NCBI GenBank assembly: GCA_001643675.2
Contig: LSRY02000024.1
Span: 1,240,001-1,304,000 of the forward strand
Origin: Monocercomonoides exilis PA203
Taxonomy: Eukaryota > Protista > Preaxostyla
DNA: 64,000 nucleotides
Reading direction: 5' to 3'
Shown here: piece after piece, positions 37,114-50,100 of the stretch
Layout: every line of letters starts with the position of its first letter
Position numbering within the stretch: position 1 is the first letter of the stretch
The notes under the pieces: model-generated
Told to the model about the DNA's origin: nothing
The model's input: the letters and a program-made list of their open reading frames with translations, nothing else
The model's database searches: none
Translations under genes and position numbers: made by a program

Positions 37114-37758
37114 GAAAAAGGATTAATCATTCGGTTGGAGTGGACTCAACCGACACCCAAAAATTAACACACATTATCATTTTCCCAACATATTAAATGA
37201 TAAATATTTTATTAATTCTTATTTTATTAAGAAAAATAACTTTATTCAAATATTTAAAATCATCTTCTATCTTGTCATTAAAATACAAAAATAATTGGAT
37301 TTTCCAGGAAAACCCTGACTTTTTGACCTTTTCTTAACCCTAGCAATTAGGAATAGAAAACAAAAAGTTTTCAACACTCAAAAAAATTTTCAATTTAGAG
37401 CTTGTTCATGAAAAGAAATAACATAAACATAAATACAATGGGTGTCATCAAAATCTGTGTTGATTGATTCCACTTTTCCCAATCATTCCCTAAAATTGTG
37501 AAAAATTCAATGAAGAAGAAATTAAGTATAAATTTTGAACATGTTTCCACATAAAGTTAACAACTGAAAATATCATAATTATTTATCATTAATAAAGATA
37601 AATAGGTTGAAAGTGTTTTAGAATGTTCCGGAATAATACCGTTTTGCCTAGGTGCACCACATAAGCATTTTTCTCTTTGAAAAACAGACAAACACATTAA
37701 ACAAAAAATTTTCGTTGTACCATATTAAAATTCAGATGCAGTATCATGAAAGAAAATC

Positions 37759-40700
37759 ATGAGTTTTTGCATTTCTCTTCAAATATTTTTATGTCTTGCA
37801 CAGATGGAATGCATGCAAGTGAAACAAAAAGTCAAATTCACTTCTGCACTTCAACAACTTGCGACATTTGGATTTGAACAAGGTTTACCTAATAATATTG
37901 TGTTTATTCTTCATAGCACATAATGTCCACAATTTTACATTCTTCTTCGTTCAATAAATTACTAAAGGAGGTTACGCTAAATTTAATATTAAAATGAGGT
38001 GAGTTGCTTTTCTTTTTGATTTTTAAAGTCGAATTTATATTTTTATTTAGCGATCCTAATCCGATATATATTTTTATGCTTCCAACAAGAGATTTTGAAA
38101 AATTGTTTAAATATCTTTTTTCATCATCAGAAACATGTGAAAATTATTTTTCCAACATTATTGTTTGTTTTTTTTTTCACCATCGATTTTCTTTCTTAAA
38201 AAAATGATAATTTTATCAGAATTTTGAAACAGGATATATCGAACAAATCAAGGATAATGAAACTTGCGAGTTTACTGAAGTATCTTACAAGCGCTATGGG
38301 ATTGGTGTTGCTTCTTGTACTAACATTTCTCATTCTCTAAATATTGATTTCACGTTACTTAATCCAGGCCAACAACATCTGTCAGCTGGAGGTATTTCTT
38401 TCTTTGTATCTTTTTAACGCAGTAAATTCATTTTTGTAATTATTTTTTACTCCCAACATTTTCGCAAATAGATATTGCAATAACATATTATTCATTCGTA
38501 TCGTTGGGGATTTGGATTTGCTTGGGGATTTTGATATCATCTGCTTTTATGCTCGTTCGTTCAAGTGGGCAGCGTTCTGTTTTGATGGCGCTTTTATTCT
38601 CTACGACAATTTTGAAAATTATAATTTCATGTTTGATAACAATATCTTTGCGCCTTCACTTTTACAAGATGAGCAGGCCGCATATATTTCGATTATTTTT
38701 ATTCGGATTGTCCACAGCGGTTGGAAGTGGCCTTTGCTTTTATGTGTTTATGTTGCTTTCTTTAGGATTGGACATCATCCATCGCAGAATTGGATTCATT
38801 ACAAACATACTTTTGCTTTTCACGTGCATCTGCTTGGTTGCTATACGTGTGCTTACTCAATTTTTCAATGGCTTGTTTTTCATTCTCATGCTCGCCCTCT
38901 TTTGTTGCGCTGGTCTGCTTCTCAATTGGCGTGTTGCGCGGAACATTCACGTGCTGGAGCGTCAGCTGCTGGCAACACCTTCGCATCCAATTGTGCTTTC
39001 GATTCCAACACGAGCAAAATTGAAGTTTTTTGAGAAGCTGCGACCGTTTGTGATGGTGGTGGTTGTGCTGCGGTGTGTGCACGTGGTGCTCGTGGTGAGT
39101 GTGGAGGAGGAGTCGTCTGCTGCAGCGTTTCTGTTTGATGATCTAACTGACTTTCTGTTGGTGGCGCTGATGATTGGCCTGATACTGACATGCTCATTCA
39201 GAAAGGCAGGGGAGCTGGAGCTGAACTTCTTGGCATTCACAAATCTGCGGCAGATCAGAGAGAGAAGAGAAGAGAGGAGAATGCGCGCTCAGCTGGCAAG
39301 TGTCTTTGAAGAAAACCAGAGGAGAATGGAGTTTGAAAGAGAACTCGGCAGAAATGCAGAATTGGATGTGCTGACGCTTCTTCCTCGCAGTCACTCAGCG
39401 CCTGCTTCTTTTCATTCTGTTCCATCTCTTTCACTTCTTCACTCTTCTCAGCAGAACATCTCTTCATCATCTTCTTCAACAGATGCTCAATCATTTCAGT
39501 CAGATTCATTCAATTCTCATCTATTTGACTCAGAACATCATTCTCGCTTTTCAAACACATCTCTTTCACAACATCCACATTCACAGTCAATTCATCTGTC
39601 AACATCTGACGCTTCAACCAGACATCTTTCTGCTTCCCAAAGTTTAATCACATCATCACCACCATCATCATCTGCTTTTAACACAAGAGCATCAACAAAC
39701 ATTGAAGCTCATTCGTATTTTACAGATGTTCAGAGTGAAGCTGCAAACCATTCAGAAGACACTCAATTTGCACAACATGAACAATCAACAGCTGAACAAA
39801 ATGTCCAATCACCTCAAAGTCAAAGGAACAGGAACAGGAACAGCAACAGAACAAGAAACTATGAAGAAGAAGAGGAGTTGAATGAAGAAACATTTGAAGA
39901 AATAGAAAATGTTTTGCTCGGCTTGGGAGTGATAGACGATGACTATGAGCAACATTCAAGTGAAGAAAGATCTTCAGAAAGAGTTAGAAATAACAACGAG
40001 GCAGGAGAAGGAGAAGGAGAAGAGGAAGACGATGACGATAATGAAGAAGATTCTGTTGCATCAGCGCATAATTGGAGAGGTGCAACACATGAAGTTAATC
40101 ACACAGACACTCCACAAATTGCTGAGTGGGAGACAGAAGATGATGCTATCACAGAAGACAGCAGCGATTTCGAAGAAGAGAACAGCGAGTTTACAAACAT
40201 TCGACATTTGAACATCTTTCGGCGCTGCTCATTTCGACTGCAAAAGAACCGGCTCTTTTTGATGGAGAATGACCCTGGATTGTCTCCTCCAGCACGACTG
40301 TTTGCTTTTGCACGCCCGTTTTTGAGTCATTCTTTGCAAACACACAGTCAGCAGCAGCCACAAGAGCAAGGGAATGTAGAGGAGGAGATGGAATATGACA
40401 GGACAAGAGATCAAAACGAGAGAATTGAACAGCATCAGCAAGAAAGTGCACATAATAGAAATGCCATTGAAATGATTGAAATGAGTGAGATTCCTTATGA
40501 TGCATCTGCATCATCATCCTCATCTTCGTCCTCATCATCTTCATCCTCCTCCTCATCATCTATTGCTATTCCAGAGCACAATTCTCCAGAATCCCTTATC
40601 AATCTACTCGGAGCATCTGAATCAGTCCATACGCTTCCTCAGGACGATTTCATTGAGATGACATTCAACAATCTCTTAGCCAATTGGAATTCCTCTTTTC

Positions 40701-41725
40701 GTCCAAAGACAAGAAGAGAGAAAGAAGCACAAAAGGATTCCATCGACATTGACGAGGATGCCTATGAAGGAGAAGCCTTTACAATGCTAATTTCAGGCGG
40801 TGGGGATTTATTTCAATCATTTGAACAGTATTTGGATGTGGAGGCGCTGATGGAAGGAGACGAAGAGAGAGACGAGAGAGAACTGATGAGGGCGATGGCC
40901 GAACGGAGCAGACTGCAACAGAATGAAGGCGATGCAATGAGAGGGAACTGGAGGGATACAATGAGAGAAGGAAGAAGAGGAAGAAGAGGAAGAAGATGGA
41001 GGAGGAGAAGGAGAATGCATCACACACATCACAGTCAAGGCACATCATCTGAACAGCATTCATTGGAATTGGCACATTTGGAGGATTTACTCGACACATC
41101 TCAACACGAACAACTTCAACAGACAGACAGACAAGAGCAGAATGAGACAGAAAGGCAACATGAATCGAATGAGGATGAAGAGAATGAAGAATACTCGGAA
41201 ACAGACTCAACTTCATCAAGCGATTCTGCTGATGTGACAGATGCGACACATCAAAATGCAACTTCTTCTGATGAAGAAAGCGAAGATAGTACCTTAGATG
41301 AAGACGATGATGAAGACGATGCGGACGACACGGATGATTCGGAAGAAGAAGAAGAAGAAGAAGAAGAAGACATCACAACATTTGAAGCGAATGGAGTTGA
41401 GTCATTTCTGCGCTTTTTGCTTGGCTTAGATGAAGAGGAGCCATTGGAAGGAGAGTTTGATGAGAGCATTGCAATGCATGAAGGAGGAGATGTTGGGGAT
41501 GGAGTGAATGCACAAAATGGAGATGCAAACGAAGAAGGAACAGATCAAAACGATGTTTTGAATCAAAATGACAATTCTTTCAGAAGTCATCTTCGTTCTG
41601 TTATCCAATCTCATTCGAAAAAATCAGAGGTGATAAACATGGATGCTGTAGCAAGCGACAAACAACCCTTGCATGTTTTGGAGCAGCCTGATGGAACATA
41701 TTCTGTAGGGGTTTTATTGTGGTAA
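37759..41725 (+). CDS. GOST family (GPR107/108, Lung_7-TM_R-like) multi-pass membrane protein with long acidic tail
   Basis: Exons 37759-37882, 37968-37998, 38051-38162, 38220-38391, 38472-41725 (phases compatible). Signal peptide, LATFGFEQGG and FTLLNPGQQHLSAGD motifs, then ~6-7 hydrophobic segments and ~800 aa of low-complexity tail. Confidence 0.72.
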
Positions 41726-41936
41726 TTCCTTCATTTTCTGTTTCATAAGATATTGAGTCTTTTTGCGTATATTTTTTAAATTTATCCAAATTTTACAATA
41801 TGTTAATTTGTATTTTTATGATTTTTTGTTGACTTTCATTGAAAATATTATTTGTACATTATGGCATACATTTCACAATGTTTTTAAACGTTTTATTTAA
41901 ACTTTAAATAAAAGATCAAAACCATACTACAACAAT

Positions 41937-44900
41937 ATGTTGGTTGAACACGCAAGACAAATTGTTGAGTTTACCATCAGGAGATGGAATCTCAAAGAAA
42001 TGTTTGCAGTCACTCCATATAATTCTTCAGAAAATGTGCACACATTCATAGTCACATTCAGTTTACCTACACAGGTTTCAAACAAATTTTTGAAATATTT
42101 CTTTTTTATTTTTATGAAACAAAAATTAAAATATTTTCAAACAAATCTGTTGACGATTAATTATCATTAGGAAACTCCTATTCCTGAAACGATTGTGAGG
42201 CTTTTTTTCACCGTGGAGTATGTTCCTGAAACAGAAGAAACAAAAAGATATTTTCATTTCGAACACCAGAAATTCACACACGATGTTGACGATAACTTTA
42301 TGCTTCCTGAAGCATGGATTCAAAGATTTATTAAAAATAAAGCAACGGTTTGACAAAAATTAATCGAATTTGAAAAAAATTTATTTCTTAATCCGAATAT
42401 TCATTTTATTTTTGCTTCAAAATTATTGTTATGAACAGGTACAATCACAATTCACATCATTATCAACGCAACGTTCTCTTGAAGTTCAAAAGAAGACGAC
42501 CATTACAAGACTAAGATGTACTCTCTCAACTCAGTCAAATGGAATGTCAGCAAATCCAAATCACATTCATATTTTTGATGGAAAAATAGCAGTGTACAAT
42601 CCTTCAAAAAATCAAATTAATGTTTATTCAAGAACAGCTACAAATGCAACATTAGATCATGGTGCATTGAAGCTCACTTCAACAGCAACACATCCAATTT
42701 ACGGGAACATTGTCAGGTGTTGCGTATACAACAAACTTCTTTTTGTTCAGATTCCATCACCACCACCAACAAATCCTGATCTTCCTCCGCAATATCTGCT
42801 TTTCCATGTATTTGACACAGCTTCAATGAAAAAGCACAAGCTCTTCAGAATTCCTCTCCCAGCAGCCCTCCACACACATTCACTCGTTTTAACTGCTGCC
42901 ACCATTTTAGACAACACCGCATTTGTTCTTCTAACTGTATCACCTTCATTGTTTGACTCATCTTCTGCATCTTCTTCGCAGAGTTCCGACGCCCAGCCCA
43001 ACAACGGGTCTGTCATTCCACCTTATCTCATCTGCTTCCACCTGCCAGCGATGGAAGAGAGCTGCCTGGTTGAGACAGCAGAGGCTATTCAGGGCGTCGA
43101 TGTGCTGATGAGCGACGTGTCTGTGATGGTCGTGCCGTTTCCGTCGCACTCGCTGTTCAAGTCACTCGAAGCACAAAAGCAGTCTCAGTCTGATGAAAGC
43201 GACGACAGAGGAGAGAAAGGCCGAGACGGAAGCAGCAGAGGAATGGGTTCTGACGACAAAAACGGAGAAATGGACGAGGAAGAGAACGAGGAAGAAGAAG
43301 ATGAGTTCGCTTTTTATGGGAAAGACGGGAAGCCGAAGCTGGTTGTGACGGATGTGACAGCGTTTTCTGGGCCGTCGAGGCAAATTGAAGAGAACGACAT
43401 TGTGTTGGTGTTCACATACAACGCCAGAGAAAGCATTACAGACTGCCAAAACGCGCAGCCGCCTCGCAAAAACTCTGCTTCTGCTCTGTCATCGTCGTCT
43501 AACTCGAAGCAAGTGTTGTATCCACACACTCTTCTCTTCTACTCATTTGCACTCCGCCGCCCAACATGCATTTTGCGGCTGTGCACCAATGAAAATCCAG
43601 ATGTTGATCGCTTGCTGCATCCACCGCCACCGAAAGACGAGAAATTGTCGTTTGAATTTGGGAAATATGCATCCACAACGAGTTGGTGGGATGGAGGAGA
43701 AGATGGAAAGGGAGGAGTAAGACCAGACACGATTGCAACGACAGCAGCGTCGATGAGGAACAAGCACGAACACAACATTGGAAGAGGAGGAAGCTTTGGA
43801 AACCAGCAGGACTTGGAAGGGAGTGGTAGAGAGGGATATCAGGAGGGAGGAGATGAACGCAGGGATTCGAGTCATTATGCAGGGAGTGATGAACGAGAAA
43901 GCAACAAAGAAAACAAAGACGAATACAGCGAAGAGCAGCAAGCATCAGAATTGTCTTCGATGGAACAGGAAGCAAATGAAAACAACGATAAGATTGACTT
44001 CCAGAGGCGGTTGGGAACAACCAACTCGGCAGCCATCTTCACCTACCCAGCAACACATTATGCGTATCAGAAGGCGACGTCACTGAAAGGCGAAGAAAGT
44101 AGCGCTGTTCTGTCAGCTGCGATGACTGCTGCCACAAGTGACGATGCGCTGGCTGGGATGGAAGCAGCAGAAGGCGAAGAGAGAAATAGAGAAAAGGGGA
44201 ATGGAGCGAATGGCAATAAGCATCTGAACTCTTCCTCTCTGCAGGGGCTGTCTCATCCACAGTGTGTGTGTGTGGATGAGCACCACATCGTCGCATCTTA
44301 TTTGAGGACACTTGTTGTGTGGCCGATGAAAGGAGGGAAGCCAGCAGAGGGCATTCCACCTTATCAGATGACAGGGCACAGTGACAGAGGATATGTCACA
44401 TCGATTGTGCTGCACACGCCATTCTGTGTGACTGGCTGCTCTTCATCGAGGGCTGCAAGGTGTTTGTGCGCATATGAAGGGAAGATGGACAGCGAGAAGG
44501 ACGAGAAGGAGAAATTGTATGTTGAAAATGAAGAAAGCAATGAGGGAAATGAGAGATATTTGATATGATTTTTCAACGAACGCTCAGAATATTTTTTTAT
44601 TTGATTATTTTTCATGTTTATTTATGAAACTTTGATATTCATTTTAATTCGTATTATATTGATATTTAATCCCCCCCCCCCCCCCCCCATCTTTTAGACT
44701 GCATGAATTGGTTGTGTGGAATCTGAACACACATCTTTCAGTGCGCAAAGTGAATCCTTTGAGAGCATTCAGCTCAAATCCATCATTTCCTCTGGCTCTT
44801 TTGGGACTGGCATTCCCAACAAGACTCATCCCATCTGCCAATCTGCACTCTGTCAGCTTGTCTTCTTCTTCCTCTCAATCATCCTCTGATGCTTCTAACA

Positions 44901-46968
44901 TGGCTGATTCAAATGGTTTGTGTAGAAAATAATATTTAATTTTCTTTTGATTCTATGCGATCCTTTTTTTTTTTAAATAAATTTTTATTCAATAAAATAC
45001 TTTTTCAATTGAAACACTCCAAAACACTTTGACTTTTTAAATCATTCTTCTTCTCTTTCCATTTTTCATCCAATTCAGCCAAAGAAGGTGCCATCAACAC
45101 GCCCATTCCAGTTGCATCTGCCACACCAGCCAATGCCGCTACACCTGCAGCCTCACCCACTTCATCCTTTGCCTCTTCTCCAATGGGAGCATCTCCAAAC
45201 ACATCTTCCTCTTCATCGTCATCATCTTCTTTGTCTGCTTCCTCCTCTTCCTCTTCAGATGCACCAACAACCCAGCCATCCAGCAAATCATCATCATCTG
45301 CTGGTTCTGGCTCTTCATCATCTTCTCTTGTTCCATCGTCTGCCTCTTCTTCTTCTTCCTCTTCTTCTTCAGGCTCTGCCCGCTCTCTTTCCACGAAGCA
45401 GCTCTCCATCATCCACACAGCCTTCATCAAAGACACCCTCAGCATTGCTGCATTGACCACTCTTTCTGTTCCCTCTTTCCTCCAGTCAGCACGTGCGAGG
45501 GTTGACACCTCCTCAACCACTCCGTCGACCGCTGCTGTTGCCAACGCCATCCACGACGCCTCGCTCGCTCGGATGGGCAGCGGCGGATTCGCCACGTCGC
45601 CCACGTCTCCGTTGAATGTGGTGCCTCTGCTGCATCGGCTGGCTCTGTCGATTGGGCTGATCACGAAAGGAAAGAGGAAGACAGGACATTCTTCGGCTGC
45701 ATCGCCTGCTATGCCTTCTTCACCAGCATCTTCATCTTCATCTTCATCAGCATCAGCATCTTCTTCGTTGAGTGGAGGAATCAAAAAAGCAGGAGAAGAG
45801 GAAGGAAGAGACGAGAATGAAGATCCGGGGACAGCCATCCAGATACTTGTTGGGTTTGAAGATCACACACTTGTGATGTGGGATGTGGTGGAAGAAGTGC
45901 ACACAGCAGGAGATGACAGCTCGATGGACTACGATGATGATGATGATGATGATGGAGAAGGAGGAGGCAACAGCAGCAATGAAAACAGACGCTTCTATCA
46001 ATCAGCAGCCGAGCCTCCTTCGTCTGCACTGACCTCGTCGCGTGCAGTGAAGCTGCCTCCTCTTCCTCCTCTGCCTCATCCAGTCACTCGAATGACGCGT
46101 CAGTTCTTTTCTCCTCTTTCTGTGTGTGGCGGTGTGTGGGTGGGTTCATCAAAAGGAGGGGCATCAGATGTGGAAGGCACACAGCTGTTTAAGACACTCG
46201 CAGCAGACGAGCTGAAGATATCGTGTGACACACTCCAATTCAACAGCAACGGAATGTTCTCAATCACTTTGCCTCCCATCACTTCTGCTGCTTCATCTAG
46301 TTCTGGTTTGTCACATTTCTTTCTTTCTTTTTTTTTATATTTTGATGTTTTTTTTGATTGACTTTCTTTCTTCTTCTATTTCTTCTTCTTTTTTTATTAA
46401 TAAAGCCAAACAATCAACAATATCTGGTCTGAAAATCGAAGGCCAATGGCGTGAGATTGTCCCCACAGCGCAGTCGAGCACGCAGCTGGCTGTGCAAAAC
46501 AGTGCTGCCCAAAGAACACTCCGACAGCTTTCACCTTCTCATCTGCAGCTGTCTCTGGTGGCAACTGTCAGAACACCCCTCTTCCCTGTCTCCCGCTCTG
46601 AATCATCACAGCGCAGAGACAGCGATCCTTCTGGTTCATCTTCATCATCCTCTTCTTCTTCTTCTTCTTCTTCCTCATCTGACATGGCTGCTCCTTCATT
46701 CACTGAAAGCGAAGATAAGAGAGAACAGGTCAAAGAACTTATTCTGCTGACTCTAATTGAAGGAGGATTGGGATTCCCTTGGAAGGCAACAACAGAAATA
46801 AGGGTATCGAAGCAGATGGCAGAGCATTTTGCACATACTCCTTATTCATCACTTTCTGGATATAAACATTCTTCTTCTTCATCTGAATCAATTTCAACTT
46901 CTTCTGATGATAGCGATGAGTTTTATCTTTTGAAAGAATTTGTCGGACCTATTTTTTCTGAACGATAA
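41937..46968 (+). CDS. AKAP28(AKAP14)-like domain fused to degenerate WD40/beta-propeller region
   Basis: Exons 41937-42074, 42171-42347, 42439-44459 (alternative donor at 44517), 44698-44915, 45079-46305, 46406-46968. The N-terminus reads FIVTFSLPTQETPIPETIVRLFFTVE...FEHQKFTH...PEAWIQRFIKNK. WD-like segments include TGHSD..VTSIVL..CVTG..LVVWNL and ILVGFEDHTLVMWDV. Confidence 0.62.
44671..44688. repeat. C18 homopolymer just upstream of a splice acceptor
   Basis: 18 consecutive C, followed by atcttttag (acceptor 44696-44697). Confidence 0.9.
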
Positions 46969-47162
46969 TTAATGCTTGCATTTTGAATTCATGGCACATT
47001 TCACGTTTTCATGGATAGAACCTTTTTTGTTGAATTTTTTAAAAATATTGATCAAGACCCATTGTTTACTTATTGAATAATTAAAAGAAGTATAAAAGCA
47101 AGGCTGATCAGAAAGTGATCATTTTGCCCTCTCCTCGGCCAATTTTTTTGCGGCTGTGAGCC

Positions 47163-50100
47163 ATGACAGGAATATATGTGGGCCATGAAACTCTCCAGCT
47201 GCTCATAGATCTACCACGAAAATCTCTGGAGGTTTTTAAAGAAAATTTGAAACATTCTTTTTCAGCTTTAATTTTCTGTACTGATGTTGTTGCATTTTGA
47301 AATCGGTAAATTTTTATGTGAAAACATAAATGCTATTGTAATTGATGCCTAATTTTGTCAGGGGGTTGCAACTCTAGACATTTATTTTCTTGGACATATT
47401 CCATCTCGTTTTCGATTAAATGCGCGACAAATCAGTATGATCAAGAGAGTTTTATGATCATTAATGATTTGTCATTTTCATTTTTGTATTTTTTGCGAAA
47501 TACAGAAATAACAGGGATAACGGTTGATGGAATACAAGCCCAATTTAAGCATGAAGATCCGTTGATTGATTTCATGCCCAAAGAAGACTTGATTCGAGAT
47601 CTGACATCTTTTGATGCTTTTCATGCGAAGGCTTTAGAAGATGCAGATCGAGGCGAATTATTGATCTATACTCCCCAAGCTGTACTTCAAAAAATAAACA
47701 ATCCATCTGATTATCCTTGGCATTATTCCACAACACCATTTTTAACTGTTAAAATATATTACACGCTTGTTAACCCGACATCTGCGTTGTATTTTATGGG
47801 AGATGATACATCTTCCTCGACTCATAGTTCTTCTTCACAGAAAATTCCACAACACGCTTTTGTTAGTGTCGATTCTTGCGTTGTTCCTGCTCGACTGTGG
47901 ATGCCATGCCTGGATAAAATGCGATCTAAATGCACATGGAGGATTGAAGTGACTGTTGCAGCGCCAAATCTTGTTTGTTGCAGTGGTGAGTGCTTGCCCA
48001 GAGTTCCTTGCAAAACATGCCCTCAATTCTCTTTTCCGGAGCATTCAATGATGAATCAACATTCTTCATTTCTGCCCCCTACCATCACGCCAGGTCCTGT
48101 TCTGTCGCCATCAATTTCTCCTGCCCCTTCTTCAAGTTCCTCATCTTCGTCGTCGTCTAACCTCACCTTCAACACATGGATACATGAGATCCCCTTTCCA
48201 GTGTGCCCATCTGCCATCGCAATGGCCATCGGTCCATTTGAAGCAACAGTCTCAGCTGATCTCCCCTTTCTTGTGAATCAATTGTCACTCCCAATCTCCT
48301 CTGCGTCTGCTGCGACTGCAACATCTCGTTCCACAAATGAGACGCTGATTGAGAAAGGAGCGTTGGCTGCACTAGCTGTTCAGGTCAGACGCACTCTGCA
48401 TTTCTTGAGCGAATATTTCAACACAACATCACTCAATTTCGACAGCAGCCAGTCAAAAAGAATGAACCAGAATGCAAATGCAAACTCTGCCATTCAATCA
48501 TCCAATAGCTCATCCTCATCTTCTTCTTCATCTTCATTTTCCATCACATCCCCTCCCACTTCATCTTCCACACCGTTCACATTCCACACTTCATCCCCAA
48601 CAAAATCCTCAATCTCTTCTTCTTCTGCACTTCGCTCCACTTCACCGTTACCTACCTCTTCCTCATCTTCCTCCTCCTCTTCTTCCTTCAGGCGTTCTGT
48701 GAGTCCATCAATCAATCCAAATGACTCCTTTCGGATGCCCATGCGTTCCCACTCCATCCGCCGCTCTCTCTCCCCTTCGTCTTCACTCCCTTCCACTTCA
48801 TCCCTGCCAGCCACATCATCCTCCCTCTCTTCTCCTTCTGCCACTTCAAAGACCAGCACAAACACACCCCCTTCCTTCGACCAGCAGATGGCCCATGCGC
48901 TTTCTCTCTTCACTCTCTCCTCTCTCCAGCTGAACTCGGCTGCTGCCTCTTCTCCAACAGACGAGCCATTCAACTCGCTCATCCGGACAGGCCTCAAGAT
49001 GAAGAAGCAGTCGTATTACCCCTTCTTCCTCCCAGCCACCCATGCTGCACACACAGACCACCCCACTCTCCCCAACATTCCTCCAGTCATCTCATTCAAA
49101 ACAGTCATCGTCCACAACCCACCCCGTCCACTCACATCAGGCGTGGGTATCATCATCCTCCCTTCAACAACTTCTTCTTACCCTTCCAGCTCTGCCTTCT
49201 CCTCTCTCTACACCTCCTGCTGTGCCCCTTCCACACCCAGTGCCACCACTTCCATGTCATCTGCCATCTCCCCCTTTTCAGTCACTCCCACTCACTCCTT
49301 CTCTCCTGTCCTCGTTGACCAGGCAACAGTGGCTGACAAAGATGTCCTGTGGGATTCGCGTATGCAGCAGACGTATGCTGTCATTGATGCCATCATCGGC
49401 GCTGTCCTCACTCCAAACAGCTGGGACGACATGTGGATAGCAAAAGGGATTGTTGGCTACCTCTCGCACTTGGCAATGACATGGATGGAGCTGTGTGACC
49501 AGCTGGAGAAGGAAGAGAAGGGAAGAGAGAGAGAAAGAGAGAGAGAGTATTATGCAGGAGAGGTGAATGACAGAGAAAGAGAAAGAGATCGTTCAGACAG
49601 ACTTCGAATGAGAAGCCCATCTCCTTCTCCTTCTCCTTCAATGTCTTCGTCTTCTTCTGCATCTTCCTCATCTTCCACTGCTTTCCCTTTTCCTTCCTCT
49701 TTGTCCACTTCCTCGTCCTCTTCTTCTTTGTCTTCCTCTTCATCTGTCATGCCATCTCCTTCTCCCACTCAATCACTTCCCTCTCATTCCTCCTCTTCCT
49801 CCTTCTCTTCCTCTTCTTCCTCAGCCTCTCTTCGCTCTCTCCTTCTCAACCATCTCCTCTGCTACAATCCTCAGTCTGTCCTGACCACCTCCACATCTCG
49901 TTCAGCCCCTGGTTCAGAGGCCACTCCCATCCTCTCTGCCATCACACGCCCATTAGACCCCACACGCAATCTCTCTCTGCTGGCCACTGAAAGCAGACTG
50001 CGCCTGCACCAAATGATGGACGGCACAATCGCCTTCACTCAGCAACAGAAGAGAGACAGCTACTCATCTGCACCTGTGCTGTTGGAGCTCTGCCCACACA

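Noticed and set aside
35856-37641. aataccg direct repeat (35856-35862, 37635-37641) as the Merlin target-site duplication
   Set aside because: It is only 7 bp and not flush with the candidate inverted ends, so it cannot be distinguished from chance.
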